DNA of 64,000 bases from Gemmatimonadota bacterium (GTDB lineage: Bacteria; Gemmatimonadota; Gemmatimonadetes; Gemmatimonadales; GWC2-71-9). The notes beneath the pieces were generated by a model. The model saw only the letters and a list, made by a program, of their open reading frames with translations, did no database searches and was not told where the DNA came from. Shown piece after piece: positions 29,064 through 38,082 of this stretch. Made by a program: the position numbers and the translations under genes. How positions within the stretch are numbered: the first letter of the stretch is position 1; every line of letters starts with the position of its first letter. Location: the NCBI GenBank assembly GCA_039591655.1, contig JBDHDE010000030.1, positions 1,266 to 65,265 on the forward strand. The letters run 5' to 3'.

Positions 29064-30935
29064 GTGCAAATGCCCGGCGCGCGAGCCCCCAATGCCCTGC
29101 AGCTCTCCCGGCGCATCTCGGTCGAGACGCCGGAGCACGTCGTGCTGCGGCTGGAACTGGCCGGTCTGGGCTCGCGCATGGCGGCAGCGATCTACGATGC
29201 TCTAGTCCTGCTGCTCCTGCTCATGCTGACCACCATCGCGTTCACGATGGTGGAGGGTCTGGGTAAGCATCTCGGAGGTTGGGCGGGCGCCGTGCTGCTC
29301 GCTCTCTCGTTCCTGATCTTCTGGGGTTACTTCACGTTGTTCGAGGCTCTGGGCGCGGGCCGCACACCGGGCAAGCGGTGGGTCGGCATCCGGGTCGTCA
29401 TGGATACGGGACACCCGGTGACCGTGCCGGCCGCCGTGATCCGCAATCTCCTGCGCCTGGTGGACGTCCAGCCCCTCGGGTCCCATCTGGTGGGCCTCCT
29501 CTTCGTGTTCTTCCACTCCCATCACAAGCGCCTCGGGGACCTGGTGGCCGGGACGATCGTGGTACGGGACCGGCCGGAGGACTTCGTGCTCGCGGCAGAG
29601 CCGGCGCCCGCCCTCGAACAGCTGGACGCGGGCCCGCCGGTCCTGTCGGACGACGAGTTCCGGCTGGTAGAGCTGTTCGTGGCGCGGCTCGAGGAGCTCG
29701 CTCCAGCGGCGCGCGCGCGTCTCGTCGCAGAGCTGACGAACCGGTTTGGCCAGCACCTCACCGCCGAGCCCGGGGGGGTAGATCCGCTGGACAGCGAGGG
29801 GGCGGCACTCGTGCGCCTGTACGAGAAGGAGCTCGCCAGGCGGCGGGCGAAGACCGCGGCCCGCCGCGGGGCGGCCGGCGTGGCCGCGTCGGGAACGGCC
29901 GAGCGGTTCGTTGCCCTGAAGCAGGGCGACTGGGAGGCGTTCCGCACCCGGGCTACGGTCGTGGAGACCGAAGGGCTGCGGAGCCTAGACGGCGGCGACG
30001 TCATCGCCTTCGCCGCCGCGTACCGTGAGGTCGCAGCCGACCTCGCACGGGCCCGCACTTACGGGGTGGATCAGCGGGTGCTGGCATACCTCGAGCGGAT
30101 CGTGAGCGCAGGGCACAACGCCCTCTACGGTCTGCGGGGCGTGCGGCGCCTGCCGCTGGCGCGCCTCCTGCTGCACGAGCTACCCGCCGCCGTGTATCGG
30201 GCCCGCTGGTACGTGCTGCTCGCCGCGTTGCTCTTTTTCCTGCCAGGTATCGTGGGATACGCCCTCGTGCGGGAGCGGCCCGAGATCGTTCACGAGATCC
30301 TGCCGGACCTGATGATCGCCCGGGCCGAGGGGGGCGAATACGAGCGCGCGGCGGGCCGCGGGTATGCGGAGGCGCCGTCGCCCTACCTCCCGTTGGTGGC
30401 CTCCTCCATCATCACCAACAACGTGCAGGTCGCCTTCGGCGCCTTCGCTTTCGGCGTCACCGCGGGGCTCGGCACGGTGATCGTGCTCGCCTTCAACGGG
30501 CTGTTCTTCGGGGCCGTGCTGGGCCTGTTCGCCAACTACCACCTGGCCGGCTGGATCCTGACCTTCGTGGCGGGCCACGGCGTGCTGGAGCTCACCGCCA
30601 TCTTCATCGCAGGCGGGGCCGGTCTGCTGGTGGGTCGGGCGCTGGTGGCGCCGGGCGACCTGGCGCGGCGCGACGCCCTGGTGGTCCACGGCCGGCTCGC
30701 CATCCGGCTCGTGGGTGCGGCGACTTGCATGCTGATTCTGGCGGGCCTGATCGAGGGGTTCTTGTCGGCGAGCGGTTCGCCACCGGGAGTCAAGCTGGGG
30801 GTGAGCGCGGCGAGTGCCGTGCTGGTGGGTCTCTACCTCGCGGCCGGACGGGGCGCCGCGCTAGCCGGCCCTTCCGCCAGACCCCGTGCTACGTGGAGTC
30901 CTGCTTCCGCCACTCCAGCTGCGGCTGGTTCCTGA
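29064..30935 (+). CDS. fused RDD-family / SpoIIM-like (DUF95) membrane protein
   Basis: The N-terminal RDD-type domain reads SRMAAAIYDALVLLLL...FEALGAGRTPGKRWVGIRVV...KRLGDLVAGTIVV. A soluble linker follows. The C-terminal region, ITNNVQVAFGAFAFGVTAGLGTVIVLAFNGLFFGAVLG...GHGVLELTAIFIAGGAGL, is typical of SpoIIM-like proteins. The start is either GTG 29064 or ATG 29070. Confidence 0.75.
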   Translation: MQMPGARAPNALQLSRRISVETPEHVVLRLELAGLGSRMAAAIYDALVLLLLLMLTTIAFTMVEGLGKHLGGWAGAVLLALSFLIFWGYFTLFEALGAGRTPGKRWVGIRVVMDTGHPVTVPAAVIRNLLRLVDVQPLGSHLVGLLFVFFHSHHKRLGDLVAGTIVVRDRPEDFVLAAEPAPALEQLDAGPPVLSDDEFRLVELFVARLEELAPAARARLVAELTNRFGQHLTAEPGGVDPLDSEGAALVRLYEKELARRRAKTAARRGAAGVAASGTAERFVALKQGDWEAFRTRATVVETEGLRSLDGGDVIAFAAAYREVAADLARARTYGVDQRVLAYLERIVSAGHNALYGLRGVRRLPLARLLLHELPAAVYRARWYVLLAALLFFLPGIVGYALVRERPEIVHEILPDLMIARAEGGEYERAAGRGYAEAPSPYLPLVASSIITNNVQVAFGAFAFGVTAGLGTVIVLAFNGLFFGAVLGLFANYHLAGWILTFVAGHGVLELTAIFIAGGAGLLVGRALVAPGDLARRDALVVHGRLAIRLVGAATCMLILAGLIEGFLSASGSPPGVKLGVSAASAVLVGLYLAAGRGAALAGPSARPRATWSPASATPAAAGS

Positions 30936-31434
30936 ACTGAATCGACTCCTCCGGCAAGACGCGGTAGTAGAACGCGAACTCGAAGCGCGCTCCCTCGACC
31001 TCGTAATCAACGGTGTAGAGTGTGGTGCCCTCACCCTCCACTCGCCGGACGCGCAGGATCGGATAGACAACCGAGTCGGCGGCACCGGTATGGAAGATGA
31101 GGTTCGTCTTGGTGACCTCGAACGGCCGGTCGGCGTGGCTCGGCGCCTCGGTCCGCCACACCCCCACCAGCTCGTCGGGGATCGTCTTGTCTACGGGGAG
31201 GAACCGGACGCCCAGGAGTACCAGGCCCCCCGCTACGACGATCCCGAAGATGATGACCAGGGCCTTCACGCGGACGCCTCCGGGCGGGGCCGATACTTGG
31301 CGCGGTCCGGCCGAGCGCCCCGCAGTGGGGCCGGACTGCCCGCTCTTCATCGCTGCAACCAGCTCCGCCGCCTGCTCGCTCAGGCGAGCGTGATTGCTGC
31401 CGTGCGGCTGTTTCGGGTCCTTCCCATCCACCAT
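30889..31434 (-). CDS. hypothetical single-pass membrane protein
   Basis: The ATG is at 31434 and GC3 is high. The product has one TM (ALVIIFGIVVAGGLVLLGV) and a beta-rich C-domain of about 100 aa. It lies 55 nt downstream of the HD-GYP gene. Confidence 0.55.
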   Translation of the reverse strand: MVDGKDPKQPHGSNHARLSEQAAELVAAMKSGQSGPTAGRSAGPRQVSAPPGGVRVKALVIIFGIVVAGGLVLLGVRFLPVDKTIPDELVGVWRTEAPSHADRPFEVTKTNLIFHTGAADSVVYPILRVRRVEGEGTTLYTVDYEVEGARFEFAFYYRVLPEESIQFRNQPQLEWRKQDST

Positions 31435-31489
31435 TGCTAGACTGCTCCGTTCAGCGATCTGCGCCGGTGCACGGCCTCACGCCCTGCAA

Positions 31490-33655
31490 TCACGCCGTGC
31501 CGACCTCCGGAAACACCGGGCGCAGCTCCTGCGGCGCCTCGGACTCTGGTTCCTGCATCGCCGCCTTGAACGCGGCCACGACCTGTGGGTCGAAGTGGTC
31601 CCCTGACTCGCTCTCGATCAGCGCGGTCGCCTCCGAGTAGGGCATTGCTTTGCGGTACGGCCGATCGGAGGTCAGGGCATCGAACACGTCGGGCACGGCG
31701 AGGAGCCGCGCGAGGAACGGGATCTCCTCGCCCACGAGCCCGTCGGGATACCCGGTGCCGTCCATGCGCTCGTGGTGCCGCAAGACGATGGGAATCATCC
31801 CGGCGTACGCCGCGATCGGCTTGAGGATGCGGGCGCCGATCGTGACGTGCTGCTTCATGACGGCGTACTCCTCGTCGTTCAGCCGTCCCGGCTTGTCGAG
31901 CACCTCCGCGGGCACGCCGATCTTCCCGATGTCGTGCAGCAGGCCGCCACGGTGCAGCACGTCCAGCTGCTCCGGGTCGAGCCCCATCTTCCGTCCTACC
32001 CTCAGCGAGGACTGCGTCACCCTTTGGGAGTGGCCCGCCGTCCAGGGGGATTTGGCGTCAACGGTCTGGGCCAGAGCCGCCAGGGCGCCCCAGTTGAAAT
32101 CGTCGAGTTCCTCCAGGAGCCGCGCATTCGACAGCGCCACCGCGACCTGGTCGGCGAGCTGCCGCGCCTGGACCACGTCTTCCTCTCCCACCGGCGGGTC
32201 ATGGGTGTAGCCCAGGGTGATGGCCCCGGACAGCTTCTGCTTGAGGAAGATGGGGAGCACCAGGAACGACCTGATCCCGCCGTCCCGGAACACCGGGACG
32301 TCGAGGTAGCTGGGTCGCCGCTCGGGACCGAGGAACATGAACTCGCGGTGCTTCGCCAGCTCTCCCAGCTCCTCCTCGCTGAGCTGCACGTTCTTCACCG
32401 CCCGCCCGCTCCCGTTGGCAGCGGTGGCGAACAGGGTCCACTGCGGCGCAGCTCCATCACTCTCGGCCAGGCTCAGCGCGACGCCGTCGCACTCGATCAC
32501 GCCACGTGCCCTGGCGAGAACCGTGTCGACGATGACATCCGTATCCAACGCCGACAGCACGGCCCGGTCGATCTCGTTGATGGTGGTGAGGGCGTTGAAC
32601 TGCCGGCCCAGCCGGTTGGCCATGGCGTTGAACGAAGTGGCGAGGTCCTGGAACTCGTCCTGGCTCTCCACGTGCACCCTGCTATCGAAGTCCCGTGCCG
32701 CGATGCGCTGCGTGCCCTCCTGCAGCTTTTCCAGCGGGTCCATGCTGGTGCGGATCTGCACGTTGGACAGGTACAGCGCCACCAGAACTGTGAGAAGGAT
32801 GATGAGAGGGAACCACCGTTTGAATGTCCCCACTGAGTCGAAGAAGTCGAGCCGCGGTTGGCTCACCACCACCGTCAAGTTCGGCGATGCCCACTCGTAA
32901 CCCAGCGAGATCTGGGTGCTTCCCCCGATGTACGTCTCCCCACCCGAGCGCCACTCGAATTGGCTGGGAACCGTGGCGCCGCTGCGCCATTCATTCACCG
33001 TGGCATCTGCCAGAGGCATGGTGCAGAAGAGCACGGTGTACTCGTAGTCCAGCAGGCAGAGCTCCATGTCGGTGGGAATACTCCGTCCTTCCTCTCCGAC
33101 TGCGAGATACTCGTGATCAAGGCTGAGCCAGACCACGTGTTGTGTCCCTGCGCGCACCTCCAGGATGCGCCCCACAAAGATCATCGGTCCGGCCTCACCG
33201 TGCGCGATCGCCAACACCTCCTTGCCGCTGCCCAGGTTCTCCCGCTGCTTTGCGCTGAGGGCAGACGGAACCGAGGCCGGGCCGCCAAGTCGCACCGCCT
33301 CGTCACTTCCGGTCTGTAGCGTCACGCCACGGAGGCGGGGACTCGCTGTGACAAAGGAGTCCAAAGCTCCCTCAAGGGGTCCCTCACCCATACGGCGCCG
33401 CAGCATCTCGGAGATGCCCGCAAGGTCGAGCCGTACGTTGGTGAGGCGTTCGGCCACCGCCTGGCGGGCCTCCCGATTCTCATGGGTCACCCGCTCGAGG
33501 CTCTGATCGTGGAGCTGCTTCGACACGACGAAGTACGACGTTACGGCCAGCGCCGCCACAGGGACCAGCGCGCACACGGAAAACAGGAGGAGCACGCGGC
33601 GGGCCACCCTGGTGCGTAGAAACGCGGCGCTGGGCCTGAGGTTCTGCCACCGCAT
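31490..33655 (-). CDS. HD-GYP domain signalling protein with periplasmic sensor, HAMP and GAF domains
   Basis: ATG 33655 shares one nucleotide with the upstream pseudopilin stop (TGATG). The product has a TM segment, a periplasmic region of about 270 aa, a second TM, a HAMP domain (IAARDFDSRVHV..DEFQDLATSFNAM) and a GAF-like region. The catalytic domain reads HSQRV...HDIGKIGVP...HHERMDGTGYPDGL. Confidence 0.85.
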   Translation of the reverse strand: MRWQNLRPSAAFLRTRVARRVLLLFSVCALVPVAALAVTSYFVVSKQLHDQSLERVTHENREARQAVAERLTNVRLDLAGISEMLRRRMGEGPLEGALDSFVTASPRLRGVTLQTGSDEAVRLGGPASVPSALSAKQRENLGSGKEVLAIAHGEAGPMIFVGRILEVRAGTQHVVWLSLDHEYLAVGEEGRSIPTDMELCLLDYEYTVLFCTMPLADATVNEWRSGATVPSQFEWRSGGETYIGGSTQISLGYEWASPNLTVVVSQPRLDFFDSVGTFKRWFPLIILLTVLVALYLSNVQIRTSMDPLEKLQEGTQRIAARDFDSRVHVESQDEFQDLATSFNAMANRLGRQFNALTTINEIDRAVLSALDTDVIVDTVLARARGVIECDGVALSLAESDGAAPQWTLFATAANGSGRAVKNVQLSEEELGELAKHREFMFLGPERRPSYLDVPVFRDGGIRSFLVLPIFLKQKLSGAITLGYTHDPPVGEEDVVQARQLADQVAVALSNARLLEELDDFNWGALAALAQTVDAKSPWTAGHSQRVTQSSLRVGRKMGLDPEQLDVLHRGGLLHDIGKIGVPAEVLDKPGRLNDEEYAVMKQHVTIGARILKPIAAYAGMIPIVLRHHERMDGTGYPDGLVGEEIPFLARLLAVPDVFDALTSDRPYRKAMPYSEATALIESESGDHFDPQVVAAFKAAMQEPESEAPQELRPVFPEVGTA

Positions 33656-34176
33656 CAGTACTTGGCCCCCAACCCGATGAACGCGCCGTCGTTGGCCCGC
33701 ACCACGTCGTCCATGCTCGTCTTGGCAGTGAGGGCGGAGGCCGACTTGCCGTCCTCCCCCATGCTGTAGAGGTCGTACGTGGAGTTGAGGGGCACCAAGA
33801 AGCGGTCTTTCCGCTGGGCACCCGTGTTGGTCGGTGTGAACTTGAGGTATTGATAGGCATTGCCCCACGGGTCGAGGTGCGCACCCCAGCCGATCTCACC
33901 CAGGTCCTCCGGAAGCCCGCTGCCCAACAGCTCGTGCCCCGAGAGGTCCGCCTGGATCGCCTCGATGTCTCCAATGGCCTTTGCCACCCTGGCGCTGTAC
34001 AGGTACTCGTTGAACATCGGCTGCATGATGGCGACCAGTGTGCCGAAGATCCCGAGCACCAGGATCATCTCTACCAGGGTCCAACCGATTCTGCCCAGGG
34101 TGCGCCACACGGGGCTGGGCGAGGCCCGCTTCGCCAGCAGGGCAGTGATGGGGGACCGTATGGTGGGTCGGGACAT
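33655..34176 (-). CDS. type II secretion GspG-like major pseudopilin
   Basis: The prepilin-type N-terminus is LGRIG/WTLVEMILVLGIFGTLVAI, and the GspG-type core is DPWGNAYQY...YDLYSMGEDG. The start is ATG 34176 (29-aa leader) or GTG 34110 (8-aa leader). Confidence 0.75.
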   Translation of the reverse strand: MSRPTIRSPITALLAKRASPSPVWRTLGRIGWTLVEMILVLGIFGTLVAIMQPMFNEYLYSARVAKAIGDIEAIQADLSGHELLGSGLPEDLGEIGWGAHLDPWGNAYQYLKFTPTNTGAQRKDRFLVPLNSTYDLYSMGEDGKSASALTAKTSMDDVVRANDGAFIGLGAKY

Positions 34177-34685
34177 CGTCTCGTGGACACCCTCGCGGCG
34201 GCTGCTCACCCCTGCCGAGGCCACATGCCCCGGGGACGCCAGCCGCAACCTGCTACTTTACGCCCTTCGCCCCGCTCCGCAAGTGGCGCTGGCGGCCCCG
34301 CACGGAACCGCGCAGCGTCGCCAAGTCACTGTCCTGCAATAGCTTGCGCAGCTGGCACTGAACGACACAGCGGGCCGCCGACCTCCGGTGCTGACGGCCG
34401 CCTCGCCACCGCCCCTCAGAGTATGGGCAGCCGCCACATACCCGATGTGCGCGGGGTCACCGACGGCACTTGCCCAATCTTGGCAGGTTTCGTACCGAGC
34501 CGAGGTGGGCCCCTTCTGGCCTCCGGGGAGCGGCGGGCCAGCTGCCTCGCCGGCGCCACACTGGCGTGCCGGGGGGCGGTCCGCTGCGTTGCCCATGGGT
34601 ATCTAACCGTCCCTTGGGCAACGAGTTATCTTCGCGGCTCGGGCCGGACACCCCGGTCTGTGACTTGCAGTCGATTGGAAGGTTG

Positions 34686-35153
34686 ATGACAGTAACTCGC
34701 CCGAGGCCGCCCCGAGCGGCCGGTTTCACCTTGGTCGAGATGATGCTCGTCCTGGCCATGCTGGGAATCCTCTCGGCCTTCGGCGCGTGGCAGATGCTCC
34801 CCGCCCTGGAGCGGACCAAGCTCAGACGGGGGACCACGATCCTCGCCGCGGATCTCCACTACGCCCAGATGGTCGCGGCGCGGCAGCGCACGCCGGTGGT
34901 CTTCGTGGTGGACGAGGGCCTCCAGGCATACCTCATCCGCGACCGGGCCGGCACCACCATCTACCGGCAGCGGTTCCTAGGGGTGGACACGGATTACGGC
35001 ATCGAGACCCTCCTGGCAGACCCCCAGGATGCAGTGGAGGTCTTCCCCACCGGAGTGGCCCGGGAGACAACGACATTCACGTTGGGACTCAAGGACGAGC
35101 AGCGGCAGGTGAAGCTCACCCGTGCAGGGCAGATTCGCGTTCTCCACCCGTAG
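34686..35153 (+). CDS. GspH/FimT-like minor pseudopilin
   Basis: ATG 34686 gives MTVTRPRPPRAAG/FTLVEMMLVLAMLGIL. The size of about 155 aa fits the GspH class. Confidence 0.7.
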   Translation: MTVTRPRPPRAAGFTLVEMMLVLAMLGILSAFGAWQMLPALERTKLRRGTTILAADLHYAQMVAARQRTPVVFVVDEGLQAYLIRDRAGTTIYRQRFLGVDTDYGIETLLADPQDAVEVFPTGVARETTTFTLGLKDEQRQVKLTRAGQIRVLHP

Positions 35154-35550
35154 GACGCTCCGCAGCGAGGCGGGCGCCTCGCTGGTGGAGATCGTCATGG
35201 CCATGGGCATTCTGGCGGTGGTGCTCATGGCCCTGGGCGGGCTCATGTTCCAGGTGGCGCGCAGCACTCAGCGCTCCGCCGTCGTCGCGCAGCGCAGCGC
35301 CGCCAGCTCCAGCGCCGCGGCCTGGATCCACGGACTACCCTGGGACAGCCTGGGGACGGCCGTGGGGTGCTCGAGCCTGCAGAGCGGTGCGTTGTCCTAC
35401 GACAGGTGCGTGACGGTGACGGACATCTCCAGCCGCCACAAGCGCGTCACGGTCGTCATCGTACCCACGAGCCTCGTGCCCATCGGGGCAGACACTGTGG
35501 TGATCGACCGCAACTCTCCCCGCGCCCTTTCGGTGTTGAACGTAAGTTGA
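35122..35550 (+). CDS. GspI/PilV-like minor pseudopilin
   Basis: GTG 35122 lies 32 nt before the end of the previous gene. The leader ...RRTLRSEAG/ASLVEIVMAMGILAVVLMAL has the conserved Glu5. Confidence 0.6.
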   Translation: MQGRFAFSTRRTLRSEAGASLVEIVMAMGILAVVLMALGGLMFQVARSTQRSAVVAQRSAASSSAAAWIHGLPWDSLGTAVGCSSLQSGALSYDRCVTVTDISSRHKRVTVVIVPTSLVPIGADTVVIDRNSPRALSVLNVS

Positions 35551-36371
35551 GCTCCCGCGGCTTCACCCTGGTCGAGCTGCTGGTCGGCACGCTCGTGATG
35601 GCGGTGCTGGGCCTCGCCCTGGTGCGGATGCTGGTGAGCGACTCCCGCTTTGTGAGCCAGCAGGACGCAATGGTCAGCGCACGGCAGACCGCCCGGGCTG
35701 CGGTGAACGCCATGGTGGCCGAGCTCCGCATGACGGGGGACAGCGGGCTGCTGGCCGCGGAGTCCGACAGTGTCAGGGTGCGGGTGCCGTATGCCTTCGG
35801 CATGACGTGCGACTCGACCGGGGGCGCCACCCTCGGCGCCCTGATCCCACCGGACTCACTGGCGTATGCGACTGCCGTGCCGGGAGGGATGGCCTGGCGC
35901 CGGTACGAGGGGGACTACCTGGCCGTCAGCGGGGTCAGCATCACGAGCTCTACCGACACGGCAACTTGCACCGCCGACAGCATTCGCGTGTTCCCCGGCG
36001 GAGTGCTGATCAGCATGACCGGCTTCAGCGCCGGGAACTGGCCAATCGTGGGCCGCATCTTCTACCTGTACCAGGACGTGACTTATCGCTTCGCAGCGTC
36101 GGTCGAGCTGCCGGGACGCACCGGCCTGTGGCGTCAGGCGGACACCGCTGCCGCCGAGGAGCTTGCTGCGCCGTTCGACTCGACGGCGAGCTTCGCGTTC
36201 CTGGTGGGGATGGATTACTCCGTGCAGACCAGCCCGCCGGCGAACCTCCAGGAGGTGCGGGGCCTGGAGCTCAGGCTCATCGGAGCCAGCGAGCGGGCGC
36301 CCGAGGGGAGGACCGAGCCCGAGATCTTCGAGCTGGTTACCCGGATACCGTTCCTGAACCGGGACGAATGA
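35547..36371 (+). CDS. GspJ/PilW-like minor pseudopilin
   Basis: TTG 35547 overlaps the upstream stop (TTGA). The product begins MSSRG/FTLVELLVGTLVMAVLGLAL. Confidence 0.7.
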   Translation: MSSRGFTLVELLVGTLVMAVLGLALVRMLVSDSRFVSQQDAMVSARQTARAAVNAMVAELRMTGDSGLLAAESDSVRVRVPYAFGMTCDSTGGATLGALIPPDSLAYATAVPGGMAWRRYEGDYLAVSGVSITSSTDTATCTADSIRVFPGGVLISMTGFSAGNWPIVGRIFYLYQDVTYRFAASVELPGRTGLWRQADTAAAEELAAPFDSTASFAFLVGMDYSVQTSPPANLQEVRGLELRLIGASERAPEGRTEPEIFELVTRIPFLNRDE

Positions 36372-37366
36372 CTATGCCGCAGCGGCCACGTGAAGCCGGC
36401 TTCGCCCTGCCCGCCACGCTCTTCGTGGTGGCGCTGGTGACCATCATGCTCTCGGCGGTATTCGTCCGGGTGTCGGTGGATCGCCGTCTCTCCGAGAGCA
36501 CCGGCGACTACGCCGACGCCTTCGCCCTGGCTCAGAGCGGCCTGCAGCGCTACCTGCACTACTACGACTCCCTGGGGACCATGCCGCCGGACGGTGACTC
36601 GTTGCGCATCAACGGTGTCGGCGGCTACGCCGACGTCGTGGCGCAGCTAGCTCGCCATCCCGCGGACAGTGCGGACAACTGGCACTATGTGGTGCGCTCC
36701 ACCGGCCACCTCATCGTCCCCACGCAGGGGCAGGACCCGCAGGCCAAGCGCACGGTGGCTCAGTTCGCCGTGTGGCAGTCGGGCAGCATCCGCAGAGTGG
36801 CCGCGTTCACGTCCGTGGATCCAATTGACTGCTGCGGTACGATGACCGTGACGATCAGTGGGAACGACGAGTGCAGCGCGGACGTCATCGGTGGCTTCCG
36901 GAGCGTCGGGAGCTCGGACACACCGGGGAGCGTGACGGGGTCGCCGGCCGTCGACAAGACCGGGACGTGGAGCCAGATCGCCGCCGAGCTGGGCATCGAC
37001 TGGGAGGCCATCGTGAACGGCGAGTTCGTGCCGGACTACACGACGCCGATCAACGATGACACCACCTACGCGTCGTACTTCGTGGATATCGCGCCCGATG
37101 GCAACTATGGCATGAGCAACTTCCGGGGCACGGGTCTCCTCATCGTGACGGGGGAGATCGACACCGGGGGCTCGTACTTCGAGTGGAGCGGCATCGAGGG
37201 ACTGAACCGGCTGGTGGGGCTCAACCCCGAGAACCCCGATTACACTGAGTCCGGAGCTACGCTGGACATCACCTACAACTCCTGCGACATCGAACGCACG
37301 CTGTCCAAGCTCAAGGGCTACTCCGCCATCCAGAACGCCTGGATCGAGAACTGGGCAACGTATTGA
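36368..37366 (+). CDS. GspK/PilX-like minor pseudopilin
   Basis: ATG 36368 overlaps the upstream stop (ATGA). The product begins MTMPQRPREAG/FALPATLFVVALVTIML and lacks Glu5, as GspK-type proteins do. Its size is about 330 aa. Confidence 0.65.
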   Translation: MTMPQRPREAGFALPATLFVVALVTIMLSAVFVRVSVDRRLSESTGDYADAFALAQSGLQRYLHYYDSLGTMPPDGDSLRINGVGGYADVVAQLARHPADSADNWHYVVRSTGHLIVPTQGQDPQAKRTVAQFAVWQSGSIRRVAAFTSVDPIDCCGTMTVTISGNDECSADVIGGFRSVGSSDTPGSVTGSPAVDKTGTWSQIAAELGIDWEAIVNGEFVPDYTTPINDDTTYASYFVDIAPDGNYGMSNFRGTGLLIVTGEIDTGGSYFEWSGIEGLNRLVGLNPENPDYTESGATLDITYNSCDIERTLSKLKGYSAIQNAWIENWATY

Positions 37367-37410
37367 CCTGACGCGCCGCTGACCGCGCTCGGCGCGAGCC
37401 GTGGGCCACG

Positions 37411-38082
37411 ATGCACTCTCTGACCTGTTCCGCTGTGGGTGGTGGTGCCGTGCGGCTCCAACTCGCATCGCTGTCACGCAGGGCAATTCCCCTGGCCGTG
37501 GGTCTCACGGTGGCCGCCGCCTGCGGCCCGGGCTCTACTCCCGATCCCAGCGAGCTTCGGGGGGTCGTGCTCCCGGAGCCGATCCCCAAGGCCAACTTCA
37601 CGCTGACTACCACGGCCGGCGAGCCGTTCGACTTCCGCGCCGAAACGGACGGCTACGTGGCGCTGCTGTTCTTCGGTTATACCTACTGCCCGGACATCTG
37701 CCCGGTGCACATGGCAAACATCGCCGCCGTCCTGCGCAGGCTCCCGCCCCGGACGGCGAACCGGGTCAGGGTAGTGATGGTGACCGTGGATCCCGAGCGC
37801 GACACTCCGGAGCGGCTGCGCCGCTGGCTAGACGCATTCGATCGGTCGTTCGTCGGGCTCAGCGGGCCAATGGAGGAAGTGAACGCCATCCAACAGAGGT
37901 TGTGGCTCCCGCCCGCCGTCAAGCAGGGAGAGGGGAGCGATTACCTCATGGGGCACGCCGCCCAGGTGATCGCCTTCACCGCCGACGACCGGGCGCACGT
38001 GATCTATCCCTCGGGCACGCGGCAGACCGATTGGGCCCACGACCTGCCGCTGCTGGTGGAGGCGGAGTGGGGCGAGGAATGA
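37411..38082 (+). CDS. SCO1/SenC family copper chaperone (thioredoxin fold), probable lipoprotein
   Basis: The product has FFGYTYCPDICP (CxxxC) and a downstream conserved His (GHAAQV). The N-terminus ends in a lipobox-like LTVAAAC. Confidence 0.88.
   Translation: MHSLTCSAVGGGAVRLQLASLSRRAIPLAVGLTVAAACGPGSTPDPSELRGVVLPEPIPKANFTLTTTAGEPFDFRAETDGYVALLFFGYTYCPDICPVHMANIAAVLRRLPPRTANRVRVVMVTVDPERDTPERLRRWLDAFDRSFVGLSGPMEEVNAIQQRLWLPPAVKQGEGSDYLMGHAAQVIAFTADDRAHVIYPSGTRQTDWAHDLPLLVEAEWGEE

Noticed and set aside
34350-34500. Sigma-54-like TGGCAC (34353-34358) and TGGCAG (34481-34486) lie in the pseudopilin control region.
   Set aside because: Neither is followed by a TTGC(A/T) element at the required 5-nt spacing, so the -12 element is missing.
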